In this document: piece by piece, positions 1-9,650 of the stretch
How positions within the stretch are numbered: position 1 is the stretch's first letter
Layout: every line of letters starts with the position of its first letter
Assembly: GCA_020184695.1 (NCBI GenBank)
Contig: JAANOX010000016.1
Span: 1-16,877 of the forward strand
Source: Histomonas meleagridis 2922-C6/04-290x
Lineage: Eukaryota; Protista; Parabasalia
DNA: 16,877 nucleotides
Direction of reading: 5' to 3'
Translations under genes and position numbers: made by a program
The notes under the pieces: generated by a model
What the model was told of the DNA's origin: nothing
Database searches by the model: none
Seen by the model: only the letters and a program-made list of their open reading frames with translations

Positions 1-1
1 T

Positions 2-355
2 AGATATGTTATTAAGCCAATTTATAATGATTATCTTAAAGATTATCAAAAGAATAATGCTAATGATGAACAACTTCCTGTAAAGTTAGCTATGATTAAA
101 GGAATGTTTTCAATACTTAGTGTATCTGCTAAATTTTATAATGACATTATAAAAACAAGAATGAATAAGATATTGGCAGGTCAAAATATTAAAGATGAGA
201 AAGCTAAGAAATATATTAGAGAAGATACAGGAGAAAATTATTGGACAAGTGCTTCAAAGCAAGCAGTTTCTGAGATTTTACTAGATAAGAATAAATATGC
301 AGATGTTAAATCATCATTATATAAATATATTAACACTAAACGTGGTTTCAAATAA
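2..355 (+). CDS. Hypothetical protein, 5'-partial (frame open from window start)
   Basis: The frame is open from base 2 (RYVIKPIYNDYLKDYQK...) through the 92..355 ORF and ends TAAA. No recognisable motif. Confidence 0.6.
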   Translation, partial: RYVIKPIYNDYLKDYQKNNANDEQLPVKLAMIKGMFSILSVSAKFYNDIIKTRMNKILAGQNIKDEKAKKYIREDTGENYWTSASKQAVSEILLDKNKYADVKSSLYKYINTKRGFK

Positions 356-380
356 AAAATTTTTAAAATCATTATTTTTT

Positions 381-932
381 ATGATTAAAATAAGTGATTT
401 CTCACCACATGTAGGGAAGAATATTACTGAACATAATAGTTCTAGTGCTAATTGTAAAGTTATTATTAATAATAACAATAGTGAAACACCAGCACATTAT
501 CCTGAAGTTAATGAAGAAACACCAAAAATAATTACAAGAGAAACTGAACTTAATACTGTTAATGCTAGTGCTTTATATAAACATATAGCTTTAACATTTA
601 GTGCGATATTAAAAACAAATAATATGAAATTAATAGCAAATTTAATTGATAATAGTGGAAAAATTATTATTAATGCTAATGATTTAGTACAAGCTATATA
701 TTTAATTTTAGAAATTGATTCTAATCAAGTTAGATTAAGTTATGAAGATCCTGAACCTGGATGTTTAAAACATGTAAATCCAATTAAAAAAGTTAACTCA
801 ATTAAGATTAATGGTTATGATTTTAGTTCTCAATATAATAAAGAATATAACACATTAATGGATGAATTTAATATATCATTAGAAAAAAAGTATTTATTTA
901 TTGAAATTAATAGGACAAGGCACAGGATTTAA
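381..932 (+). CDS. Hypothetical protein (~183 aa), resembling a family recurrent in parabasalid Maverick-like repeats
   Basis: The ATG at 381 has an Inr-like TCATT at 369-373. The core LIANLIDNSGKIIINANDL...KINGYDF...EYNTLMDEFNISLE is recalled as similar to repeated Trichomonas hypothetical proteins (not verified). The 3' end overlaps the convergent integrase. Confidence 0.6.
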   Translation: MIKISDFSPHVGKNITEHNSSSANCKVIINNNNSETPAHYPEVNEETPKIITRETELNTVNASALYKHIALTFSAILKTNNMKLIANLIDNSGKIIINANDLVQAIYLILEIDSNQVRLSYEDPEPGCLKHVNPIKKVNSIKINGYDFSSQYNKEYNTLMDEFNISLEKKYLFIEINRTRHRI

Positions 933-2017
933 TAAATATCTTGGTACTGACATTTTTATACCTTTTTCATTATAAATATTATATTTACCTTTTTTGAATT
1001 TTTCTACTATAAAAATATCTGATAATATTTTTGATCTCTTTTTTAGTTGATCTGTGTTATAAACTGTTACTGTTGTACCAGGAGGTAAATAAAATCCTTC
1101 TTGATTTATAATTTTATCATTTAATTTATGTAACTTAAAACCAAAAGATTTTCCTTGATTAAAAGCTTCTATTGGTGAAATTTTTTTGTGATTTAATTGG
1201 CTTAATGTTTTATGATAAGAATTATTATAATTACCGACAATTTTCTTCATATGATATGGATCTATTTCTTTTAAACCCATATTATCAGCCATATCTCTAA
1301 TAGTTCTACAAATTCTATTTATTATAGCTAAAGAAGTATGAATAGGATAAGATTTATCTTCTAAAATTATTCTTTTTATTTTTAGGATTAAATCCTGCAT
1401 TATATAAAAATAAATAAAGCTTTAGCTATAGATTCTATTGATTTCTTTGTAGTTATTTTATCATTTTATTTTTTTGTATTAGTATAGGCATAAAATAAAA
1501 AAATCTAGACCCTAATTTCAACTGATAATAAATAACAATATTTTTGTTTCTGTTTTTAGTGGTTTCATCATAACCAGAAAAATAAATCCATTTGATATTC
1601 ACCATTATTACCAATATATTTTTAATTGATATTTTTTTATTTCTTTTTATAAGGAAAATAATTTATATTAGGTTTAAATTGTGGATCTAATTTTGTATAA
1701 TCAATATGATATGGTAGTAAATAGTTATCAAATAAATATTTGTTTTTCGAACGAGATTTGAAACCTGTGTTAATATAAGGTGAATTCTTAGAATCTTCAT
1801 AAATATTATGATTTCTATATATATTGTCATTAGGAAATTTACTAAAATATTGTAACAAATAATTACTATAAACAGAATCGAATGTAAATACGTTCCCAAT
1901 TTTATTATCAATTATTTCAATACCATATAAATATTTCCTTAATTCTTCACAATATTTATTAAATTTGAGAGGCTTTTTTTTAGCTTCAAAAACTTTGCGT
2001 GCAAACATCTCATTCAA
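894..2017 (-). pseudogene. rve/c-integrase-type DDE integrase, fragmented
   Basis: The 126-aa ORF (1637-2017) runs, with stops or shifts, into GEYQMDLFF (first catalytic Asp, ~1575-1605). The 168-aa ORF (894-1400) carries HTSLAIINRICRTIRDM, YNNSYHKTL..SP, LPPGTTVTVYN, KKRS and VPRYLL, typical of the C-terminal half of Maverick-type integrases. There are several frameshifts in homopolymers, and the second-Asp region was not found. Confidence 0.75.
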
Positions 2018-2436
2018 TTTTTTGATAATCGTTCTAATATAATATTCATAATGCTCTGGAATTGTTTTTTTCTTCCAATTTTTCCATTAATAGGTGTAAT
2101 TTTTTCAGTTTTGATAAAAAGTTTAATAAAATTATATTTAAATTGCTTATAATCGTCAAATTGTTTATTTTTAAATTGATCATCTGTTGTTCTTTCTAAG
2201 CTCACATCTATATAATAATTAACTAAATTGTTGTATGTTTCAACTAATAGCTTTGTACCAGTATTAAATTCAGGTGTAAAATGAAACTCCTTATTATATT
2301 TTTCATTCAGAAAATTAATAAAATTTTGAAGACTCAAATTACCTTATAATTGTGAATTTTGATTATTTAATTCATTTTTAATAAATTTTTCGAATGAATC
2401 TTGTATTTCTCTCTTTCTTTTATAAACTGGATCCAT
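2014..2436 (-). pseudogene. Hypothetical protein (~140 codons) with one in-frame TAA
   Basis: The ATG at 2436 (Inr-like TCATT at 2449-2453) reads MDPVYKRKREIQDSF...SQL*GNLSLQNF and is in frame with the 2014..2337 ORF. The TAA is at codon 31 (2344-2346). Confidence 0.55.
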
Positions 2437-2467
2437 ATAAAAAAATAAAATGAAATAAAATATTTTT

Positions 2468-4384
2468 TTATTCTTTAAATACACTTAATAAATGTTCATC
2501 TATTTTACCTGTTACTTTACCAACTATTGAATTTAATATTTTAGTAGTTATTACTAAATCATCTGATAATTTATTACCATCAAATAATACTACATCACCA
2601 ATTTCATAATCTGCAGTATTATTTACTCTAAAATAAAAATCTCCATGTGTAGCAAAATCAATAGTATCTTGTAAAATTTCTACTTCTCTTTTAATAACAT
2701 CACCTATTGAAGCTTTATAACCATTTTTATGTTTAGCTACACAAATACCTAAATATTCTTTATATGTACCTGATGTTTTAACTGATGGTATACAATCTGT
2801 TGTAGATGTATTTGAAGTATATATACCATTTTCTTTTAATGAAAAAACATTACCTGTTAAAAATACAGGTGAACCAATTTGAAATTGCGATAAGTCTTCT
2901 GAAACAGGAGCATTATGAATAATAGTTGTATTTATTTGTTCAAGACCTCCAGTTCCTTCGAATGTATTAAATGTAGTCGCGATATGATATATTGTACTAA
3001 ATATATCAAGAAAAGTACCATCATTTTGTTTCTTTTGTGTTACAGACTCAAAATATAATCTTCCATATTTTTTATCTGCAGTAGGTGTACATCCATAAAT
3101 TCTCCATAATAATTGATATGTATTACCTGATTCTTCAATTATACTGTGAAATAAAGTTAATTTAGTAGATTCTAAACTAGTGAATTGTCCAGTATCGGAT
3201 TTTATATTTCCTGTATTAACAATGCCATTAGTTTTTACAGAGTACATAATTTCACTACAAACTATTTTATTACAACCTATTGCTTCAAAAGATGAGGAGT
3301 AATAAAAACCATTTCCTTGTTTTGGTTTGAACTCAAGATAATCATCTAATGCTGTTATTCTCCAACTATAATCATTTTCATAACCACCACTAGTATGCAT
3401 ATCTATGTGTGGACCTGTTTCTAAAACACCATCGTTTTTAATAACTGCAATTGAAGGAACACTAATATCTAAATTTGAAGCTGAAGGTCCCGAATTTAAA
3501 GCAAAACCATTAATTGTTGAACAATGAATATCTTCTGTATTTGAACCTGTAGGAATATCTGTTAAATCATTATAACTATGTGTATGATTTGTTGCAGCAT
3601 ATTTTGTATCATGATTATGATCTTTTGAAGCATACTCTTCATGTGTATGTTCTGAAGGTGGAAATGTTTCAGGTTTATCAGTTAAATCATTATAACTATG
3701 AGTATGATCTGAAGGTGGAAATGACTGTGGTTTATCATTTAAATCAGTATAACTATGAGTATGATCTGATGAAGCATAGTTTACATGTTCATGATCTTTT
3801 TTAGCATAAATCTCATCATGATTATGATCATTTAAAGATATTTTAGTTGTATCTAAATTATTAATAGTTGCACATTTAATATTACCATTACTTCCAAAAC
3901 TTAATAATGTTCCAGTTTTTGATTTAAAATCTAATGAATTAGTATTAGCAGTAATTCTCCATGTATTATCTTTATCATAATCTGCATTATTATGCATATC
4001 AATATATTGTCCAACTTCTACAACACCATCTTCTTTTAATGTAATAATAGATGGCACATATAATTTTGTATCCCATTTACCACCTTCTACAGTTGTTAAT
4101 TGAAAACCATTTAATGAATTAACTTGTACATTTCCATTTACTGTTAAATCATTATTTATTGTATTATGTGTATGACTTTTTGTAGAATATTTTTCATCTG
4201 ATTGCGATTTATTATAATATAATTGTGGGATTGTAATCGAAGTTATAGTATTAAGTTCTTCTGTTATTTGGTCATTTGTAGAATAATTTTATAAAACTTC
4301 TTCTAGATCATCTTTATCAATTATTTCAGGAGCAGCAACAACATTAGTTTTTATTCCTTTCGTAGCATTCTCAATACTAAACAT
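2468..4384 (-). pseudogene. Phage-tail-fibre-like virion protein (~638 aa) with HxH (PTR-like) repeats; single in-frame TAA at codon 32
   Basis: The ATG at 4384 (Inr-like TCATT at 4393-4397) is in frame with the 529-aa ORF, and the only break is a TAA at 4289-4291. It contains about eight HxH motifs (HTHSYNDLTDKPETFPPSEHTH), two copies of a VPSIxxxKxDGVxExGxxIDMH...WRITA module, and a C-terminal HGDFYFRV...YEIGD...VGKVT domain. Confidence 0.75.
3645..3769. repeat. 57-bp tandem repeat (19-aa HTHSY(N/T)DLxDKPxxFPPS unit) within the fibre gene
   Basis: GTATG(T/A)TCTGA recurs at 3645, 3702 and 3759. A related partial copy lies at ~3560-3590. Confidence 0.9.
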
Positions 4385-4404
4385 TGATAAAAAATGATTT
4401 TTAT

Positions 4405-4747
4405 TTAATAAATTAATAATAATTCTAACATGAAATATTCTGGTTCAATTTCTTTACCATTCATTTCTTTAAACCATATTTTAAAATTTGGTTTTTCTAC
4501 TTTTATATTCATATTTCTTATATTTAGTTCTATTTTCATTTGTATAAATACAAAAATAATCTTCATAATGATCACGTTCAATGAAATCAGCATGCATTGA
4601 AACATCAGATACTAAATATTCCTTAAATTTACACTTACATTGTTGTACTACTATATATCTAGGATTTTGAGAATCCACAAATTCAGGCGGAAAACGGTTT
4701 TCTTTTTGTGAAGTACAAAAATACGTTTTAGTTACAGGTTTAAGCAT
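4405..4747 (-). pseudogene. Putative minor capsid (penton-like, single jelly roll) protein; one frameshift in an A-run near 4490
   Basis: The 88-aa ORF (MLKPVTKTYF...MHADFIERDHYEDYFCIYTNE...KKYEYKSR) joins the tail of 4405..4605 (KPNFKIWFKEMNGKEIEPEYFMLELLLIY) after removing one A. The beta-rich pattern and C-terminus resemble Polinton mCP. TCATAA precedes the ATG. Confidence 0.5.
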
Positions 4748-5025
4748 TTATGAAAAATAAAGTTTGCCATGAGACCGAACAATAACCGTCGCTTTTTGAC
4801 TACTAACCTCCTGGCAAAGATAAATTGAATAGAATAAATGTCCGACCAAAGATAACCGGAAACGATTCGTGTTGGTTATGTGAGGTTTTTGATAGGTTTA
4901 TGCGAAAAGTGGTGCTAAAAGTGCTATCGTTCCTATCAAAAAGTTTCGCGTTCTCTCAAAATTGAATGCGCATTCAAATTTCCAGACGAATTGTATGGCT
5001 CACAAAAATCATTTTGATTTTTGTT

Positions 5026-5128
5026 GCTAGCGGAGCGAGCACACTCGGGGGATTGGAGGGGTCTGAGGCCTCCGGAGGGGTCCGAAGGGCACCTCCGGAG
5101 GCCGAAGACCCCGGAAATCCCCCCAGTG
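5026..5128 (+). other. GC-rich fold-back element: 87-nt hairpin with symmetric GA/GA internal loops and a C-GAA-G triloop, preceded by a GC-GGA-GC mini-hairpin
   Basis: Paired segments are 5042-45/5125-28, 5047-54/5116-23, 5058-64/5106-12 and 5067-78/5092-5103. The loop is GTCC-GAA-GGGC. Confidence 0.85.
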
Positions 5129-5880
5129 AAAACTTAAGGTCGGGAATGATCACGAGGACCCTAGGGGCCCCGCCCCCGGCGACCACTATTCTTTGTTTAT
5201 TATTGTGTAATAAAACAAATCATTATAATTCATTATATATCAATGATTGTAAATAATTTTTTTCATAAATTATTGTCATTTAATGCTTATTGAAGAATAT
5301 ATTTTGTAGCTCATTGTTTGTCAATGCTTAATGTATGTAATTATTCTTATTTATTGATTATTCATTTAAATTATTTTGTTATACAATGTCATTTTTTATT
5401 TGTTCAGAATTTATTGTGGCAAAAATTTAAAGTATCAAAATCAAAATTGAACGAAATTATTTCTTCACAATTACCACTTTTTGAATATGAATTCAATAAT
5501 GCATAATGGACATCAAAAACATTTGCTAATAACACAATATACATTTTGTATTTTGGCAAAAAAAGAATACAGTAATATGTTTTAACATATGGAGAATTCG
5601 ATTATACTATTTATTCTAAAATATTTTATGATTATTTTCAAAATCGTTTTTTTCCACGAATACTCATTATTATTTAATTCTATACTATTCATGAATTATT
5701 ATATTGATATAGTTCTTACTATTGTTAAAATTATTTTATTTTGTTGAGCTTTATTTTTTCGAAATTTTTTTTATCCAAAATTTTGGAAAAATGAGACGGT
5801 TATTTTACATCGAATTCAAAAAGTCAAAATTGTGGGAATAACCGTCCAAAAGTGGGTATGTTTTGGGTATGCTACCCAGA

Positions 5881-6529
5881 CTCTCGATATGAACACTCCT
5901 CCAGAAAAGTATAAACGTTAATCACATGATGAAAAATACACATTTATTACACCAAAGCGTATGAAAAAGTTTCTTATAACACATATAATAACACTTATCA
6001 TACCGCTATAGGTTGTACACCAAACGAAATGATGATAGATCCCGAAAAAGAGAAAGAATATATATTTAAATGTTTAGAAGCAGCGGAGAAACAACATAAA
6101 ATAAAAGATCTTATTTATTTCGTCGGAGCTTACGTAAGATACATTCTTCCGCGTCATGATGGCATAACAAAGAAGAGGTTTCAAATTTCCCGTGAATGTT
6201 ATAAAATTGATGAAAGAAAAGGAAATATGTATACACTAATTGCACAAGATGGAACAGTAATTACAAAACCAAGATTTAAATTAATTCTCTGTAGTTCTGA
6301 CGGATCAAAGCCGAGTAACATTAAATGGGCTTCGACGATTCCAGATGAATGGAACGGTAATGTTGTCAAACAAAATATTTTGTCATTTAATCTCAAAACT
6401 AACAAATACACAGTACTATTTAGTGTTCCTGGCAAAAAAACATAAAAAGATACTATTTCAGCATCATATCTTCATGGCGCAACACCTCAAATTCAGTCAG
6501 AAGTGGAGGGAGAATATTTCAATCATTAA
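5881..6529 (+). pseudogene. Second rve-type integrase, C-terminal fragment (5' part missing)
   Basis: It reads TL-DMNTPPEKYKR*SHDEKYTFITPKRMKKFLI, then after a frameshift (~5980) TYNNTYHTAIGCTPNEM. It continues through the 6029..6445 ORF (GAYVRYIL..KKRFQIS..YKID..PRFKL..NKYTVLF), across a TAA, to KDTISASYLHG...EYFNH* at 6529. Confidence 0.75.
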
Positions 6530-6574
6530 TGGGAGCATTGACATTACCCATTACTGTTACTCACTCCTTATATA

Positions 6575-6840
6575 GGGAAATTTTTTTACTGGGTGAAGAG
6601 GTGAAATTTCACCCTATATTTCACCTTATATTTCACCCATTACCTATATCGATAAAACATACATTTTTAACATGAATACCTAACATTTTCACTATGTTTG
6701 ACATTTAAACATACCTTCCCGAAGTAATGCGGAACATTTCATCGTGAAAATTGATAAAAAACATACCCGCCGACATGAGGTGAAATATAGGGTGAAAAAA
6801 CGGTGAAATTTCACCTCTTCACCCAGTAAAAAAATTTCCC
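6575..6840. mobile_element. 266-bp MITE with 39-bp perfect terminal inverted repeats, flanked by TA(TATA)
   Basis: GGGAAATTTTTTTACTGGGTGAAGAGGTGAAATTTCACC at 6575-6613 is the reverse complement of 6802-6840. TATATA lies on both sides. There are repeated subterminal ATTTCACC/GGTGAAA(T) motifs and no credible ORF. Confidence 0.9.
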
Positions 6841-6891
6841 TATATATACACGTACGCGTAAAATTTATATACAATAATAAAACATCTTCAG

Positions 6892-6962
6892 ACATTCCTC
6901 CGATAGTGGGTAAACAGTAAATAATAACAAATAAAACTAGTTCCCACATTCCTCCGATAGTG
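6892..6962. repeat. 17-bp direct repeat ACATTCCTCCGATAGTG x2
   Basis: Exact copies at 6892-6908 and 6946-6962. Confidence 0.9.
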
Positions 6963-7050
6963 AGGTCCGTGTTAACACACACCGAGGAGCGTAGCGACGA
7001 AGAGCAGGCCGTATGCTAAGGCGCAGGGCGTAGCCCAAGACAGCCAGGTC

Positions 7051-7064
7051 TGTGTGTGTGTGTG
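7051..7064. repeat. (TG)7 microsatellite closing a GC-rich island
   Basis: Directly visible. It follows GCGTAGC and GGGCGTAGCCC mini-hairpins. Confidence 0.9.
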
Positions 7065-7257
7065 ATATTGGTTATACTGTTTTATATGACCAATCAATAT
7101 CAGATGATGAAACATAATTAACGGCAAAAATTAATAATATGATTATTCGAAAAGTTACTGCAATTATATTATCTGATTCTCTGTTAGCTGTATTCAGCTC
7201 TTAGAGCCTCAAGGCATTTTATGCCGTATAGGCAATAATATCATGAATTCTTTTTAA

Positions 7258-7503
7258 TTATTCATTCACATAAACTAACACCTCATTTATTTTTTTATGT
7301 TGTTCTGCAATAATATTTTTATTCTTTTTACTTCTTTTATTCTTCGGTTCGGTAATTTCTAAATATTGTTTACAAATATCTAACGGTGATTTTTCTATTA
7401 AATCATTTTTTACAATAAATGTAGTCATTGAATGAATTTTCGCAGTTTCTATTTCTTCGTCAATGTTTTCATTTATTTTCTTTATATCAAAAAATCTTTC
7501 CAT
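7258..7503 (-). CDS. Hypothetical Lys/Glu-rich protein (81 aa; possibly the start of a longer decayed ORF)
   Basis: ATG-initiated ORF with coding-like composition, divergent from the 7597 ORF. No motif. Confidence 0.4.
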   Translation of the reverse strand: MERFFDIKKINENIDEEIETAKIHSMTTFIVKNDLIEKSPLDICKQYLEITEPKNKRSKKNKNIIAEQHKKINEVLVYVNE

Positions 7504-7596
7504 CTTATATAAAATAAAATAATAAAAAAAATAAAAATTAACTTTAAAAAAATAATGCTAATTTTTGAAAAATTTATTTTTTTAATTTCTATAAAC

Positions 7597-8571
7597 ATGT
7601 TAATGAAAAATTTTTGTTCGGCTCTTGTCTAGCCAGATTCGCAGAAGCTCATCCAAAGGATGGAGGCTCGAACCTGTTCGGTTTCGGAAAATCAAACATC
7701 TGCTTTATGTTTGATCAAATTAAATAATATAAAGATCGAAAATAAAATTGATGATTCAGTACATGATTATGCTAGTACTATTAAAGAATATAAAAATAAA
7801 ATCTTAAATCATCAACTTCCCGTTGAAGTTAAATTAGAAAGAAATCAACAATATTTAGAACAAATTTTAGAATTTGCAAAATCAATTCCTGCTGTAAGTA
7901 TTCCTGAATTAACACTTGATGTTTCAGTCAAAAGTTTTCCAAAAATTGAAATTGAAAAAAGTGATTCAACAGAAATAAAAGCGTTAATTAGAAAAATTAA
8001 CAGAAAAACACAAACCTTTTTTTGCAATCACTTAATACTTGAAAGTAAAGCATTAACATATAATACTGACGCTTTAAAATTACGTAAAAGGTATGAATTA
8101 AAGATAATTGATGGTTTTTATAAATTATTAGCCGAGTATTGCTGGCGAATAAAAAGTAAGGATTCACGCGGTATAGAATTTGATGAGTTTAATATTGGAA
8201 TGTATGATGTTGATAAAGTTATTGAAGCTTCAATGAATTCTTAGGCTGAGGTTTATAAATTTAATGCTAAGTATCACTCACTGAAATGTGCAAAGTGCGA
8301 AAAAATGATGAAAGAATATGAATATTCCATCGAAGATATTGAAAATAGAAGAAAAGAAGCGGAAGAAAGATTAAAGGATGAAATTAAAAGGATTCAAGAA
8401 GAAGTTGATGAAATAGATAAAAAAGAAAATATTGATGATTTTATTGAAGAATAATTACCGAATAAATAAAGAATTCCTGTTATGTCGATAGTTAAAATGT
8501 GGAAAGCTGTCAAGAAGTGCATGATACGTATCGCTAATATTAGCGCAATGCTTGAGAAGACAGGAAATTGA
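7597..8571 (+). pseudogene. Hypothetical protein, decayed (core ORF 7660-8244), with a CxxC and an acidic coiled-coil segment
   Basis: One frame from ATG 7597 is broken by TAG 7630, TAG 8242, TAA 8452 and TAA 8467 and ends at TGA 8571. Coding-like sequence (KCAKCEK...EERLKDEIKRIQEEVDEIDKKE) continues past 8244. Confidence 0.45.
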
Positions 8572-8671
8572 AAGGTCACAAACGTTTATAATACATTTTA
8601 TGCCACAAAAATAAAATGAAAAAAAAATGAAACTTAATTTTAAAAAAATTTATTTTCTTATTTTTGATAAA

Positions 8672-9650
8672 ATGCCAAAAAGATTGACCAAAAAAAAGTT
8701 AGAAATTTATTCGAAAAATACGAATACACTTTACCGATAAATTTTGTTTATGAAAATACTCCAACTCCGCTTAAAGTTTAGGACGAACAATACTAGAATT
8801 ATAAAAGATTAAGTGTTAATCAGTTAAAATATAGGATTTCTAGAGGAAGATCTGAATACATTCCAGAGGAAGAAAGGAATTTAATGAATCTTCCGTTAAG
8901 CGATACTGAACCGATAAATAAAGATTCATTTGAACGTGTCAGTAATAAAAAGAATGAATATTTAAAAAATGAATCGGAAGATTTTAAACGTGAAGTATTC
9001 AATTTAACAAATAAAATAATCAAAAAGTTAATGAAACAATAGAATTCTACGTTCGAAAATAAAGGAAGTATTGATGTCTTTCTTTCTGCTTTGATGTATG
9101 CGATTGAAACAGCAGGACCTGAAATTAATAAAGATATTAGAATGACTTTAATTGATAAAGACAGAAGAGAACAATATGCACACTCCAATAAAAATACCTT
9201 TGAGTTTCTACGTGCTGGTTCGAAAAATAATGATAGAGTGATTGGTGATACAAACGATGTCGTATTCGAACACATGTTATTAATTGAAACCATTCGTTTT
9301 GAATTCAAAGATTCCAAAAAAGGAGAAAGAATTCATCCAGGATTCTTTCCTTACATCAACAAAACAGATATTGATATAAGAAGATTGGGGTTTTTACAGA
9401 TATTAATGATCCAAACATGGATCTTTTGGATCCTCGAGCACCAAGTGCTCTTAACGGGCGATGTTTAATTCAAGCATTTATTGCTTCGGAAGTATTAAAA
9501 GATGATGAATTAAATTTACTGAAGAGTTTTATTCAAACTCGAACGGTTCCAAGAAGTGAGTTAAAGAGAATTTTTGATTTATTGAAAATAAAAATTGAAG
9601 TCAAAATATTTTATCCAGAAACCAAACATACCTATAAAATTGAGATTGAA
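8672..9650 (+). pseudogene. Possible N-terminal region of a Maverick-type protein-primed DNA polymerase B; truncated before any exonuclease/polymerase motifs
   Basis: MPKRLTKKK, then after a frameshift VRNLFEKYEYTLPINFVY..., in frame with 9091..9468 across three TAGs. A shift at ~9390 joins it to 9417.. (GFFPYINKTDIDIRRLG/FTD...CLIQAFIASEVLKDDELNLLKSFIQTR). Recalled similarity to the N-terminus of Trichomonas Maverick PolB; no catalytic motifs are present to confirm it. Confidence 0.45.

Noticed and set aside
3560-3790. Regularly spaced repeats that might be a CRISPR array
   Set aside because: The units are contiguous, codon-phased 57-mers encoding HxH repeats, with no unique spacers and no cas genes.
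4966-5256. ORFs 4966..5256 (+) and 4974..5186 (-)
   Set aside because: They are by-products of the GC-rich hairpin island, which lacks stops on both strands. The composition is unlike neighbouring genes.
8820-9317. Antisense or overlapping ORFs (e.g. 1687-1911, 3580-3804, 6199-6435, 6692-6982, 7845-8027, 8394-8579, 8820-9317, 13711-14036, 14410-14628, 16579-16857)
   Set aside because: They are shadows of better-supported frames or lie across the MITE, and show no motifs.
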